The notes under the pieces were generated by a model that worked only from the letters and a program-made list of their open reading frames with translations, was not told the origin of the DNA and made no database searches. 64,000 nucleotides of DNA from the human T2T-CHM13v2.0 reference genome, Homo sapiens, in assembly GCF_009914755.1 (NCBI RefSeq), contig NC_060934.1; one strand, given 5' to 3'. Numbering within the stretch: position 1 is the stretch's first letter; every line of letters begins with the position of its first letter. Positions 43,242 through 58,393 of this stretch are shown piece by piece. The position numbers and the translations under genes are program-made.

Positions 43242-43806
43242 TGTATTAGGGTTCTCCAGAGGGACAGAACTAATAGGATATATGTATATATGAAACGGAG
43301 TTTATTAGGGGGAACTGGCTCACAGAGATAGGTCGTCTGCAAGCTGGAGAAAAAAGAAGCCAGTAGGAGCTCAGTAAAAGTCTGAAAGCCTCAAAACCAG
43401 GGAAGCTGAGAGTACAGCCTTCAGTCTGTGGCCAAAGGCCCAAAAGACCCCAGCAAACCACGGGTGTAAGTCCAAGAGTCCAAAAGCCGAAGAACCTGGA
43501 GTCTGATGTCCAAGGGCAGGAGGAGCAGGAGGAAGCAAACAGCACAGAGAGAAAGAAGGAAGCCAAAAGACCCAGCAAACAGTTATTCCACCTTCTTCCT
43601 CCTGTTTTGTCTTTGCCGTTCTGGCAGCTGATTGGATGGTGCCCACTCACATTAAGGGTGGGTCTGCCTCTCCCAGTCCATTGACTCAAATGTCATTCTC
43701 TTCTGGCAACACCTTCACAAACATACCCAGAAACAATACTTTACCAGCCATTGAGCCATCCTCTAATCCAATCAAGTTGACACTCAGTATAATATTAACA
43801 ATCACT
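43242..43806 (-). mobile_element. MLT2B-like ERVL solo LTR
   Basis: TGTATTAGGGTTCTCCAGAGGGACAGAAC..CCAATCAAGTTGACACTCAGTA..TTAACAATCAC; TSD gacat/ggcat. Confidence 0.9.
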
Positions 43807-44029
43807 GGCATCTACCTACTTGATTTTCCAAGTAAATCAGTCAGTGATCTGAAATATGTGTATATTTGTGTGTGTTTCTTCAGTGCTTAGGAAGTAATAT
43901 ATGTGTTGCGTATGTGCGTCCATGTTTCTGTGCATATACCATACTATGTTAATTGTTATTTTAAGCTCAACTAGTTTAATCAGCAATTGCTAGGAAGACA
44001 ACTGGCTACATTTTTGGCAAAAGAAAAGT

Positions 44030-44470
44030 TATTAAACAATTTCACACCTTATTGTGAAATGCAAATTAAAATAACAATGGAATTTTTTTTTAATATCACT
44101 CAGCCTCTGCTGGAGTGAATTTAAATGTGTATAAACTATCTGCAGGCAAAATTGATAATGTATATCAAAAGTCTTAACAATATGTATAAGCAACAAACCA
44201 AAAATTCAATTACTAGAAATTTATCCTAAGGAAATAATTAAGCATATGGTCAAACTTTTAGCATACTTAACTTCAAGGCTGTTTGTTTTACAGTTGTTTG
44301 TAGTAGTGAAACATTTGAAACAATCAAAACTTTCAACAATTGAGAATTAGATGTAGCGGTAAACATCTGTACAATGGAAGGTGATTATGCCACTAAAACA
44401 TCATGTAAGAGATGCTTATATACTGACAGAGAAATATGTTTACAATTTTAATGCAAAAATAAAGATAATA
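44030..44470 (+). mobile_element. L1ME-type 3' fragment
   Basis: GAAATGCAAATTAAAATAACAATG, CTAGAAATTTATCCTAAGGAAATAAT. Confidence 0.6.
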
Positions 44471-44864
44471 TAAATAGGCATTTGATGAAAAGAAATAGGC
44501 TATTATTGTACTTCTCATCAGAATTGGGGGTTGAAATTTGGGCAAACAGAAGGGGAGGGATCGCTAATTCTATGAAAAGATGCTATTGGATCAAGAGATG
44601 TGGGGAGCCCAGTTATGCCAGGTTAAAAAAATATAAGGGGGAGAAGGAATGGAGGTGAGGGAGTTGGAGAAGAAAGATGGGCTGGGAGGAGGGGACAATG
44701 GAGAGACAACGTTTAAAATATCATTTATTGTATTTTGCCCTCTAACGTCCCTACAGACTTCAAGAAAAGCTACAGGGAGACAGACATTCTTCACCAAGGC
44801 TTTATGGGATACATTGCTCTTTATTTGACTAAATCTCTGGGCATAGACTGATTCAAGAGGTGCG

Positions 44865-45235
44865 TGTCAGGCCTCTGAGCCCAAGCCTGCACGTATACAT
44901 CCAGATGGCCTGAGGCAACTGAAGAACCACAAAAGAAGTGAAAATGGCTCATTCCTGCCTTACCCAATGACATTACCTTGTGACATTCCTTCTCCTGGAC
45001 AATAAGTCCCCAGAGCTACCCACCAAGCACCTTGTGACTCCTGCCCCTGCCTGCAAGAGAGCAACCCCCTTTAACTGAAATCTTCGACTACCTACTCAAC
45101 TCCTATAAAACTGCCCCACCCCATCTCCCTTTGCTAACTCTCTTTTTGGACTCAGCCCACTTGAACCCAAGTGAAATAAATAGCCTTGCTGCTCACACAA
45201 AGCCTGTTGGTGGTCTCACACGGACGGGTGTGACT
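44865..45235 (+). promoter_or_regulatory. HERV-H 5' LTR (short LTR7 type)
   Basis: TGTCAGGCCTCTGAGCCCAAGC start; TATAAAA 45104-45110; AATAAA 45175-45180. Confidence 0.93.
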
Positions 45236-45741
45236 TTTGGTGCCGAAGACCCAGGACAGGAGGACACCTTCGGGAGACCAGTACCCTGTCCTCGCCCTCA
45301 CTCTGTGAAGAGATCTACCTATGACCTCGGGTCCTCAGACCAACCAGCCCAAGGAACATCTCACCAATTTCAAATCAGGTAAGCGGTCTTTTCACTCTCT
45401 TCTCCAACCTCTCTCGCTATCCCTCCAGCCTTCATTCTCTCCCTTCCTTAATTTCAGTTCCTTTCTCTTTCTGGTAGAGACAGAGGAGACACGTTTTATC
45501 CGTGAACTCAAACTCCAGCACCAGTCACAGACTCAGGAAATCACTGTGAGGGATGCCTGCCTGATTCTTCACCTACATTTCAGAGGTGTCTCATCACCAT
45601 GGAGATGCCTGTCTTGATCCTTCACCTTGGTGGCAAGTACCACCTCCCTTTGGTGGCAAGTACCATCTCCTCTGGGTGGCAAGTGCTACCCCCCTCCCCG
45701 TGCCTCTACCCTCTGTTTCCTCTGGGCTTGCCTCCTTCACT

Positions 45742-46983
45742 ATGGGCAACCTTCCACCCTCCATTCCCCCTTCTTCTCCCTTAGCATGTGTTCTTAAAAA
45801 CCTAAAACCCCTTCGATTAATACGTGACCTAAAACCTAAACATCTTATTTTCTTCTGCAACACTGCCAGGCTCCAGTACAAACTCGACAATGGATCTAAA
45901 TGGCCAAAAAAATGACACTTTTGATTTTTCCATCCTACAAGATCTAGATAATTTTGTCGAAAAATGGGCAAATTGTCTGAGGTGCCTGACATACACATCA
46001 GTCCCTCCCTAGTCTCTGCTCCCAATGCAACTTGTCCCAAATCTTTTTTCTTTCTCTCCTGTCTGTTCCTTCAGTCTCCATCCCAAACTCTGAGTCCTTT
46101 GAATCCTCCTTTTCTAGGAAAGCATCTGATCTCTCCCCTCCTCCCCAGGCCACTCCTTGCCAGGCCAAACCAGGTCCCAATTCTTCCTCAACCTCCGTTC
46201 CCCGACCCTATAACCTTCTATCACCTCCCCTCCTCACATCTGGTCCAGCTTACAGTTTTGTTCCACAACTAGCCTCCCTCACCTGCCCAACGATTTCCTC
46301 TTAGAGAGGTGGCTGGAGCTGAAGGCATAGTCAAGGTTAATGCTCCTTTTTCTTCAGCTGACCTCTCCCAAATCAGTTAGCATTTAGGCTCTTTTTCATC
46401 AAATAAAAAAACCCAGCCCAGTTCATGGCCCATTTGGCAACAACCCTTAGATGCCTTACAGCCCTAGACCCAGAGGGGCCAGAAAGCCATCTTATTCTCA
46501 ATATGCATTTTATTACCCAATCTGCTCCCAACATTAAAAAAGCTCCAAAAATTAGATTCTGGCCCTCAAACCCCACAACAGGACTTAATTAACCTCACCT
46601 TCAAGGTGTACAATAATAGAGAAGAGGCAGTCAAGCGGCAATGTATTTCTGAGTTGCAATTACTTGCCTCCACTGTAAGAGAAACCGTGGCCACATCTCC
46701 AGCATTCAAGAACTTCAAAACACCTAAACCGCAGTAGCCAGGCATTCCTCCAGGACTTCTCCCCACAGGATCTTGCTTCAAGTGCCCGAAATCTGGCCAC
46801 TGGGCCAAGGAATGCCCACAGCCCAGGATTCCTCCTAAGCCATGTCCCATCTGTGCAGGACCCCACTGGAAATTGGTCTCTCCAACTTGCCTGGCAGCCA
46901 CTCCCAGAGCCCCTGGAACTCCGGCCCAAGGCTCTCTGACTGACTCCTTCCCAGATCTTCTTGGCTTAGCGGCTGAAGACTGA
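45742..46983 (+). pseudogene. HERV-H gag, disrupted
   Basis: MGNLPPSIPPSSPLACVLKNL start, premature stop at 45913-45915, [14 protein letters not shown] zinc knuckle. Confidence 0.85.
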
Positions 46984-47045
46984 TGCTACCCGATTGCCTC
47001 AGAAGCCTCCAGGACCATCAAAGATGCTTTGGGTAACTTCTTGTA

Positions 47046-49300
47046 GTGCAGGGTAAGTCTGTCCCCTTCTTAATCAATACAGAGGCTACACACTCCACAT
47101 TACCTTCCTTTCAAGGGTCTGTTTCCCTTGCCTCCATAAGTGTTGTGGGTATTGACGGCCAGGCTTCTAAACCTCCTAAAACTACCCAACTTTGGTGCCA
47201 ACTTAGACAACATTCTTTTATGCATTCCTTTTTAGTTATCCCCACCTGTCCAGTTCCCTTATTAGGTCGAGACATTTTAACAAAATTATCTGCTACCCTG
47301 ACTATTACTGGACTACAGCCACATCTCATTGCCGCCCTTCTCCCCAAACCAAAGCCTCCTTCGCGTCTTCCTCTTGTATCCCCCAACTTTAACCCACAAG
47401 TATGGGACACCTCTACTCCCTCCCTGGCAACTGATCACACACCCATTACTATCCCATTAAAACCTAATCACCCTTACCCCACTCAACTTCAGTATCCCAT
47501 CCCACAACAGGCTTTAAGGGGACTAAAGCCTGTTATCACTCACCTGCTACAGCATGGGCTTCTAAAGGCTATAAACTCTCCTTACAATTCCCCCATTTTA
47601 CCTGTCCAAAAACCAGACAAGTCTTACAGGTTAGTTCAGGATCTGCACCTTATCAACCAAATTTTTTTGCCTATCCACCCTGTGGTGCCCAATCTGTACA
47701 CTCTTTTGTCCTCAATACCTTCCTCCACAACTCACTATTCCATTCTTGATTTTAAAGATGCTTTTTTCACTATTCCCCCACACCCCTCATCCTAGCCTCT
47801 CTTTGCTTTCACCTGGACTGACCCTGACACCCTTCAGTCCCAGCAGTTTACCTGGGCTGTACTGCTGCAAGGCTCCAGGGACAGCCCTCATTATTTCAGC
47901 CAAGCTCTTTCTCATGATTTATTTTCTTTCTATCCATCTGCTTCTCACCTTATTGAATATTTTGATGACCTTCTACTTTATAGCCCCTCCTACAAATCTT
48001 CCCAAGAGGACACCCTCTTGCTCCTCCAACATCTATTCTCAAAGGAATATCGCATATCCCCCTCCAAAGCCCAAATTTCTTCCTCATCCGTTTCATTATT
48101 TCTTCCTATCTCAGCATAATTCTTCATAAAAACACATGTGCTCTCCCTGCTGATCACGTCCAGCTAATCTCCCAAACCCCAACCCCTTCTACAAAGCAAC
48201 AACTTCTTTCCTTCCTAGGCATGGTTAGGTACTTTTGCCTTTGGATACCTGGTTTGGCCATCCTGACTAAACCATTATATAAACTCATGAAAGGAAACTT
48301 AGCTGACCCCATAGATCCTAAATCATTTCCCCACCCTCTTTCTGTGTCTTAAAAACAGCCCTAGAAGCTGCTCCCACACTAGCTTTCCCTAATTCATCCC
48401 AACCCTTTTTCATTACACACAGCCGAAGTGCAGGGCTGTGCAGTCAGAATTCTTACACAAGAGCTGGGACCGCACCTTGTAGCCTTTCTGTCCAAACAAC
48501 TTGACCTTACTATTTTAGGCTGGCCCCCACATTTTTCCTGATACCACACCTGACTCCCATGAGTGAGTGAATCCACCTGGCACTCACTTAATTTCCCCAT
48601 AGTTCCTCCTTTCCTGTTCCTCACCCTGATCACACTTGGTTTATTGATAGCAGTTCCACCAGGTCTAATTGACACTCACCAGCAAAGGCAGGCTATACTA
48701 TAGTATCTTCCACATCTATCATTGAGGCTACTTCTCTGCCCCACTCCACTACCTCCCAGCAAGCTGAACTCAGTGCCTTAACTCAAGCCCTCACTCTTGC
48801 CAAAGGACTACATGTCAATATATATACTGACTTTAAATATGCCTTCCATATCCTGAACCACCATGCTGTTATATGGGCTGAAAGAGGTTTCCTCACTACG
48901 CAAGGGTCCTCCATCATTAATGCCTCTTTAATAATAACTCTTCTCAAGGCTGCTTTACTTCCAAAGGAAGCTGGAGTCATTCACTGCAAAGGCCATCAAA
49001 GGGCCTCAGACCCCGTTGCTCAAGGCAACAATTATGCTGATAAGACTGCTAAAGAAGCAGCCAGTATTCCTACTTCTGTCCCTCATGGCTAGTGTTTCTC
49101 CTTCTCATCAGCCACTCCTACTTACTCTCCCAAAGAAGTTTCCACCTATCAATCCCTCCCCACTCAAGGCAAGTGGTTCTTAGACCAAGGAAAATTCCTC
49201 CTTCCAGCCTCACAGGCTCATTCCATTCTATCTTCCTTTCATAACCTCTTCCACATGGGTTACAAGCCACTAGCCTGCCTCCTGGAACCTCTCATTTCCT
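47046..49300 (+). pseudogene. HERV-H pro-pol, disrupted; 249-codon open stretch at 47046-47795
   Basis: FLINTEATHSTL (protease motif lacking the catalytic Asp), PLLGRDIL, YNSPILPVQKPDKSYRLVQDL, LDFKDAFF, YFDD; RNase H motifs NIYTD..YAF and IHCKGHQ; integrase largely absent. Confidence 0.9.
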
Positions 49301-50200
49301 TTAAGACATTTGCCCTACATTTTACTCCATTCTTGGTACCTTCCCCTTGTTCTTCAGACACTCCTCCCAGCCCTTCCTCTTGCTTGCTTATACCCAGCCC
49401 CACGAATGGCAGTAAAAGGTTACTCATAGACACTATGTGCTTTCTCATACACCATAAAAATCAAACCTCCCCCTCTACTTAGTTGCCCCATCAATCCCCA
49501 TTACAACCTCTAATGGCTGCTGCCCTTGCTAAATCCCTAAGAGTCTGGGTGCAAGACACCTCTTTTGGTGCTCCCTCTCATCTTTTCACTTTACATTTCC
49601 AGTTTTGCCTCACAAAGTTCTCTTCTTCCTCTGTGACTCCTCCACTTACATGTGTCTACCTATTAATTGGACAGGCACATGTACACTAGTTTTCCTTACC
49701 CCCAAAAATCAATTTGCAAATAGGACCGAACAGCTTCCTGTTCCCCTCATGACACCAACACTTCACTACTATTTTTTTATTATTATTAATGTAAGAAGAC
49801 AGGAATAGCCTCAACTTACTGCTGAAAAAGGAAGACTCTGTACATTTTTAAATGAAGAGTGTTGTTTTTAACTAAATCAATCTGGCCTGGTATATAGCAA
49901 CATAAAAAAACTCAAGGATAGAGCCCAAAAACTCGCCAACCAAGCAAATAATTACGCTGAACCACCTTGGGCACTTTCTAATTGGATGTCCTAGGTCCTC
50001 CCCATTCTTAGTCCTCTAATACCTGTTTTTCCCCTTCTCTTATTCGGACCTTGTGTCTTCTGTTTGGTTTCTCGATTCATACGAAACCACATCCAGGCCA
50101 TTACCAATCATTCTATATGACAAATGCTCCTTCTAACAACCCCACAATATCACCCCTTACCCCAAAATCTTTCTTCAGTTTAATCTCTTCAGCTCTAGGT
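49300..50200 (+). pseudogene. HERV-H env remnants
   Basis: CLPINWTGTCTLVFL (SU) and TAEKG.LC.FLNEECCF (TM CX6CC) recognisable; boundaries approximate. Confidence 0.75.
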
Positions 50201-50348
50201 TCCCATGCCGCCCGAATCCAGCTCGAAGCAGCCCTGAGAGACATTGCCCATTATCTTTCCATACCAACCCCCAAAATTTTCACTGCCCCAACCCAACACT
50301 TCACCACTATTTTGTTCTGTTTTTCTTATTAACATAAGAAGACAGGAA

Positions 50349-50723
50349 TGTCAGGCCCCTGAGCCCAAGCCTGCACGGATACATCCAAATGGCCTGAGGC
50401 AACTGAAGAACCACAAAAGAAGTGAAAATGGCCAGTTCCTGCCTTAACTGATGACATTAACTTGTGACATTCCTTCTCCTGGACAATAAGTCTCCGGAGC
50501 TTCCCACTGAGCACCTTGTGACCCCCACCCCTGTCCGCAAGAGAACAACCCCCTTTAACTGGAATTTTCCACTACCTACCCAAATCCTATAAAACTGCCC
50601 CACCCCTGTCTCCCTTTGCTGACTCTCTTTTTGGACTCAGCTCACTTGAATCCAAGTGAAATAAACAGCCTTGCTGCTCACACAAAGCCTGTTGGTGGTC
50701 TCTTCACACAAACGTGTGTGACA
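50349..50723 (+). promoter_or_regulatory. HERV-H 3' LTR
   Basis: Direct repeat of the 5' LTR, preceded by the PPT ATAAGAAGACAGGAA and ending in TGACA. Confidence 0.95.
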
Positions 50724-51329
50724 GTGCCCACTTTTATTTGTATTAATTTTTAAATATTTCAAAAAAAAGGACAAAGTTTAATATATAATTTCAGTCTACT
50801 ATTTTATACTTAAAATACTCCATTGTTTTTTAAGACACAGCTATTAAAAAGTTATGTAATGCCCCTGTTTCTTTCTCCTATGTCCTAATCTGTGAAATGA
50901 GATAGCAATCAATTACTTGCCTTGTTAGGTTGATGCGTGCTTGATAAAAGCCTCCTGCAATATATATCATGCATCAAGCCTTAAATCTGTGGTACTTGGA
51001 ATTACTATTATTTTAATGGATATTTATAGAAAGGTCCAGGATCATATTTCTGTTAATGCTCCTAATATCTTACTGCTTTACCTAACTTTGCATTTTTATT
51101 AAACTCATATCTGATGGACATACCTGGCTATATACTCCAGATTATCCTTACTATTCATACTTGTCTTTAATTTATTTGATTAAGTGATTTTAATTCCAAG
51201 AAAAACTCTTTTGAGTTTAGATTGTTAGTGTTAGTATAAGGTTTGAGCTTTGTTTGCAAAAGATTTAAATTTTCAGGTTTTACCCACAATAGAAATAACT
51301 GACATGTTCACAGATTATTCACGCTCACT

Positions 51330-51530
51330 ATAGTCTAAGAGTATTTAATACATTCAAACCTTATATAACCTTATGAGATAGGTATTATTAAAATCTAGAA
51401 TTCATAGTGAAGAAAGCTCAGGAACATGTAACTTGTCCAAATTCACAGAGCTGGTAACTGGGAGGGTGGGGATTTAAACTCAGGCAATATGGTGCTATGC
51501 CTGTGCTCTTATTCACTATACTTATACTAT
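51330..51530 (-). mobile_element. MIR
   Basis: CCTTATGAGATAGGTATTATT..TAACTTGTCCAAATTCACAGAGCTGGTAA..GGGATTTAAACTCAGGCA. Confidence 0.7.
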
Positions 51531-51597
51531 CCAACTTTCATGGTACTAATTGACTATCTTTGTGCAGTTACATGGGTTTTTCTTTTCAGATAATACT

Positions 51598-52515
51598 TGT
51601 TTAAAAAAAAACAAACTGTAAAAATTTAAAGAGATTTATTCTGAGCCAATATGAATTATGATGGCCCAGAGAAGAGTCTCGAGAGGTCCTGAGAAAGTGT
51701 GCCTGAGGCAGAGTGGGGTTATAGTTTGATTTTATTTATTTTAGGGAGACAGAAGTTACAGGTAAAGACATATGTCAATACATGGAATGTAGGCATTGGT
51801 TCAGCACAAAAAGGAAGGCCATCTCAAAGTGGGGGCATACAAGTCATAGGTGGATTCAGATTTTCTCATTGGTAACTGGTTGAAAGAGTTAACCTTTGTC
51901 TAAAGACTTGAAGTCAGTAGGAGGAAATGCTTGAGTTAAGATGAGGGGAGTTGTGGAGGCCAAGGTTCTCGTTATGTGGATGAAGCCTCAAAGGTAGCAG
52001 CCTTCAGAGAGAACAGATGGTAAGTATCTCTTTTCAGGCCTTAACAGGTGTCAGACTCTTAATCTCTTCTTGATCTTGGAAAGGCCTCCAAAGAGAAGTC
52101 CTGGCTGCAGTAATGGAGATTCTCTACAGATGCAAATTTGCCCCATGAAAGACAGCTTTGCTAAGCCATTTCAAAATATGTGAAAACATACATTTTGGGG
52201 TAAATTATTTTGATTTTCTTCAGTGTCTCCTATCTGTTATGTGATGCTATATCAGAGTCAGGCTGGAATTTGGTATCTTATTGCCACGAAGAGTCTGTTT
52301 GGTCATTTTTATGATCTCCATTTTAATGTTAATGTTTGTCAGTTGTGCCAAAACTTAACAGAGAATTCAAGACAGAGGGAGTATAAAGAGATGTATCCAA
52401 TCTCCCTTCCTGTCAGAGGCAAAGATTCAGTTTTTCAGGTTTCTCCAGTATCTCCTTAACCAAAAGGGGATCTGTTTAGTTGATTGGGGGCTTGGGATTT
52501 TATTTTTGGTTTACA
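51598..52515 (-). mobile_element. MER4D-like solo LTR (ERV1)
   Basis: AGATTTATTCTGAGCCAATATGA, GAGGTCCTGAGAAAGTGTGCC, ends TTTTATTTTTGGTTTACA; TSD tact/tacc. Confidence 0.88.
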
Positions 52516-52909
52516 TACCCATCTTGCAGTATGCATATTTTACAAAATGATTAGTTAGTCTTATGGACGTTATAATTTCTTTCATTAAGTGTCATTTATA
52601 TTCTACCTGGTTATTGCAGGAACATGTATTAAACAATTATTTTTTCCATATTTGTCTTGTAACTAGACAGTATATCCCTTTGACATTATAATGCTCTTCA
52701 ATAATTCCTTTAATTTTTTTAGGTACATATGCATATGATTAAGTAATAAAATTATTGGTCTTTTTAATATAATATATAAATAATAAATTTACTTAATGTT
52801 TAGCTATAATTTTGCTTCCTTTTGATCTAATTGATTAAGCAATTTTTAAATATTAAAGGTTATACTAATTTTGAAAGTTTTTGAACATTTTCTTTTATTT
52901 GGTTCATTG

Positions 52910-55318
<2,409 letters not shown>

Positions 55319-55429
55319 AAAAAATATGGATGTCTTCATGGATTTCCATTTCATCCTCTTGTGAAGAAGCCATGCTAATCTTCTCTGTATCATATCCCAT
55401 TTTAGTGTATGTGCTACCAAAGCAAGCAT
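55319..55429 (-). pseudogene. RNU6: Full-length U6 snRNA retrocopy fused to L1
   Basis: Minus strand reads ATGCTTGCTTTGGTAGCACATACACTAAAATGGGATATGATACAGAGAAGATTAGCATGGC..ATCCATATTTTTT, colinear with U6 including the ACAGAGA box. Confidence 0.95.
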
Positions 55430-55529
55430 GATAATTCATTACATTACTAATTTTAATGAGGATTCCTTGGTGTTTTTCTCTAAATTTTAGTATAAAATAT
55501 ACTACTGATAGTTGATTTTGAAAAAATAA

Positions 55530-55851
<322 letters not shown>

Positions 55852-56704
55852 AGTGAATTACTTTTTAATACCATTTATATTCTTTTTTGAAATGTTATAT
55901 TTTTTGTGATATCAAATAAGTGTAATTATGTCTCCAGGAGTGACTTTTTCCTTTCTTTTGTAAAGTTTCTATGATATTATTTTCTAATTACAATGAGTAC
56001 AAATAAATAAAATTAGGAAAAACCTGACCATAATTACTAGGTAATTTCATATTTATTATTTAAAGACATATCAATTTGTATCATGATAAAAACCTTTCTG
56101 TTACTACCCACCCTATTTGTGAAGTCGTTATTAAGAGTTAGTGAATACACACTAAAGTTTATTTACAGTGGTCAATGAGACTTTTTAAATCAAATGTTTG
56201 GGCTTGAGAATTATTAAAGAAAAATTTATTTATTATAATTAAGATAAAATTAAACTTTAAGTGGATGCATCACAGTTTGGAGAGTTTAGTCAGTAAAAAA
56301 AGTTATAAGAAAATCACCATAAGTTGAAATGTGCTTCTTGGATATAACAGAAAATAGTTATTATTTTTTAGATAATTGGTAATTTTCCATATGAACTTAT
56401 TTCCTCTCTGACATGTATATCACTAAGGTAACTAATTTAATCTAAACAAAGTTAAACTAAACTTCAGAGTGATGACATATGAATTAGATGTTCAGCCGAT
56501 TTTCTTTCTTAGAAGAAAAATTTAGAAGGCAAAATATTGGTTCATCCAATATACCCAAGGTTTATGTAGCAATTGCATTTTGCAGATTAAGGAGAAAAAT
56601 GGTCATAAATCATGAATCAATACTCATGGCTTTCTTTCACAATATTCACGAGAGTAAACAAAGCAATAAGAAGTATGATATATGAAGACTGAATTATATA
56701 TTAT

Positions 56705-56830
56705 ATACAAGCACCACTATTCATGGACTCTGTATTTGCAAATTCATCTTCTTACTAAAATGTATTTCTAACTCTATCCCTGAAATCAATACTCTCAGGC
56801 TTCCCAAATCTCCTTCATTCATGGACATAT
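56705..56830. mobile_element. Possible MER82-like Tigger end fragment
   Basis: TATTCATGGACTCTGTATTTGCAAATTCA..TACTAAAATGTATTT..AAATCAATACT. Confidence 0.45.
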
Positions 56831-56839
56831 AAGGGGATT

Positions 56840-56972
56840 GGGGAAGCTGGGAAGGAGGTCTAGGGGAGAGAAAGTGGGAAAGGAAGAGAGAGGGAGAGAA
56901 AGACAGTAAGAGGCAGGGAGAGAAATGGGGACAAAGAGAGACAATGAATGAGAATAAGAGAAGGCAAAGCAG
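56840..56972. repeat. GA-rich low-complexity tract
   Basis: Purine-rich run. Confidence 0.8.
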
Positions 56973-58393
56973 ATGTTCTGGTTCCTTTTCTATTCCCACT
57001 TCTTGGTTCTAGTTCCTATGGAGGTCTATAATACATGCTAGTCCCTTGAGTTCCATTACACACCCTGGCATTCTTGCAATACATGTCATTTTGTTTGGTT
57101 TGGTTTTTGATTAGGTTAGGTGTACTTTCGTTACTTGTAAGCAATCTGCTCTCACAACAGATGAAAAAAATAAATCCCCAAGGTTTCTAAAAGATAACTT
57201 TATTTAACTTCAAATTTTCAAGTTCTTCTTCAGTTTTATTGTTTTCCGACATGGCTATTGAGAAGTTTTGTGTATAGGTAGGAAATTCTTTTTTCTGTGA
57301 TTGCTTTGGAAGAGTTTTATTTTTCTATAGTTTTATTGTAATAGATCCATTCACCTATTTATTTTTATGTGCTTATTTTCATTTATTCCACTTAGTACTC
57401 TTGGAATTCTGAATTGTTGACTTTCATTAATGATAATTTTCATTCATTTTATTTTCAAATAGTTGTATCTAGGCTATCCTGTCTATATTCACCTTCTAAA
57501 AATCAAATTAAAACTGAATTTATCATCCTTTCATTTATATATCCTCATTTCTATTTCATATTCATAAGCTTTTCTCTTTGTTGGATTGTCAGTAGTTTCT
57601 TCACTCTTCTGAATTTCTAGTTTCTTTTTCTCAGAATTTAATCTGCTGCAAAAATATTGAGTCTATAATTAAACCTTTAAGCTCTTTTCTTATTTGTGTA
57701 TATTTCTTTGATAAATGTACATTTTTCAAAGTTGCTAGTGTCTTGTTAATTACTTATAATTGTGTTTTTATATATATTAAACATAATTGTTTTGTTATAT
57801 ATTTTATAATTGACTATACCAATTTTTTAAGATTTTGCAGGCTCAATTCAGCAAGGTGTTATTTTTGCTGATTCTTCCCCATGGTGACATGTTTCCCCAG
57901 AGGGCTTGGGTTTTTTTTTTCTTCTTTTCTTTTATGTTTAGCTCATTTCCATTGGCACTTACTGAAATTCAAAGAGGGCCTGAGTCTAAAGTCTGTGCTT
58001 CCATACAGGTTTTGTTTGGGTTTCTGTCAGGTTCATTGAGTCATCACAATTTTGGACTTAGATATTTTTTCCTCACTTACCCACAGCTAAGGATTGAATA
58101 AGTATTTTTCAAGTGTTTCACTCTGATAGAAGATGTGCAATTTAAAATGCTACTCGGCATAGACCTAGCACATTTGTCTGCTGTCCTTCTGTGCATGTTA
58201 TAACCTGGTTAAACCATGACTTGTTAGAAAATATCAAGAGAGCTAGTCACAGCTTAAGAGTTGCTCACTTCTCCAAACTCAAACTCTGTTTCCTGATATT
58301 GAGGCATTTTTCTCTCTATATTTGGACTTCTATATATACATATAGATATTGAAACATATATTTATATAAATATTTTTTCTGTTTCACAAAGAA

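Larger units (their letters stand above)
44865..50723 (+). mobile_element. HERV-H provirus (deleted form) with two LTR7-type LTRs
   Basis: LTRs 44865-45235 and 50349-50723, PBS at 45238, gag ATG at 45742 (MGNLPP), CCHC finger 46774-46815, pro/RT, YFDD at 47958, RNase H, env remnants, PPT 50334-50348; TSD gtgcg/gtgcc. Confidence 0.97.

Noticed and set aside
45628-45695. Three ~23-bp GGTGGCAAGTACC repeats, superficially array-like
   Set aside because: Typical HERV-H leader repeats with no unique spacers; not CRISPR
47046-47795. 249-aa ORF as a functional or domesticated gene
   Set aside because: GTG start, protease motif reads NTEA without the catalytic Asp, and the ORF stops before the RT YxDD motif
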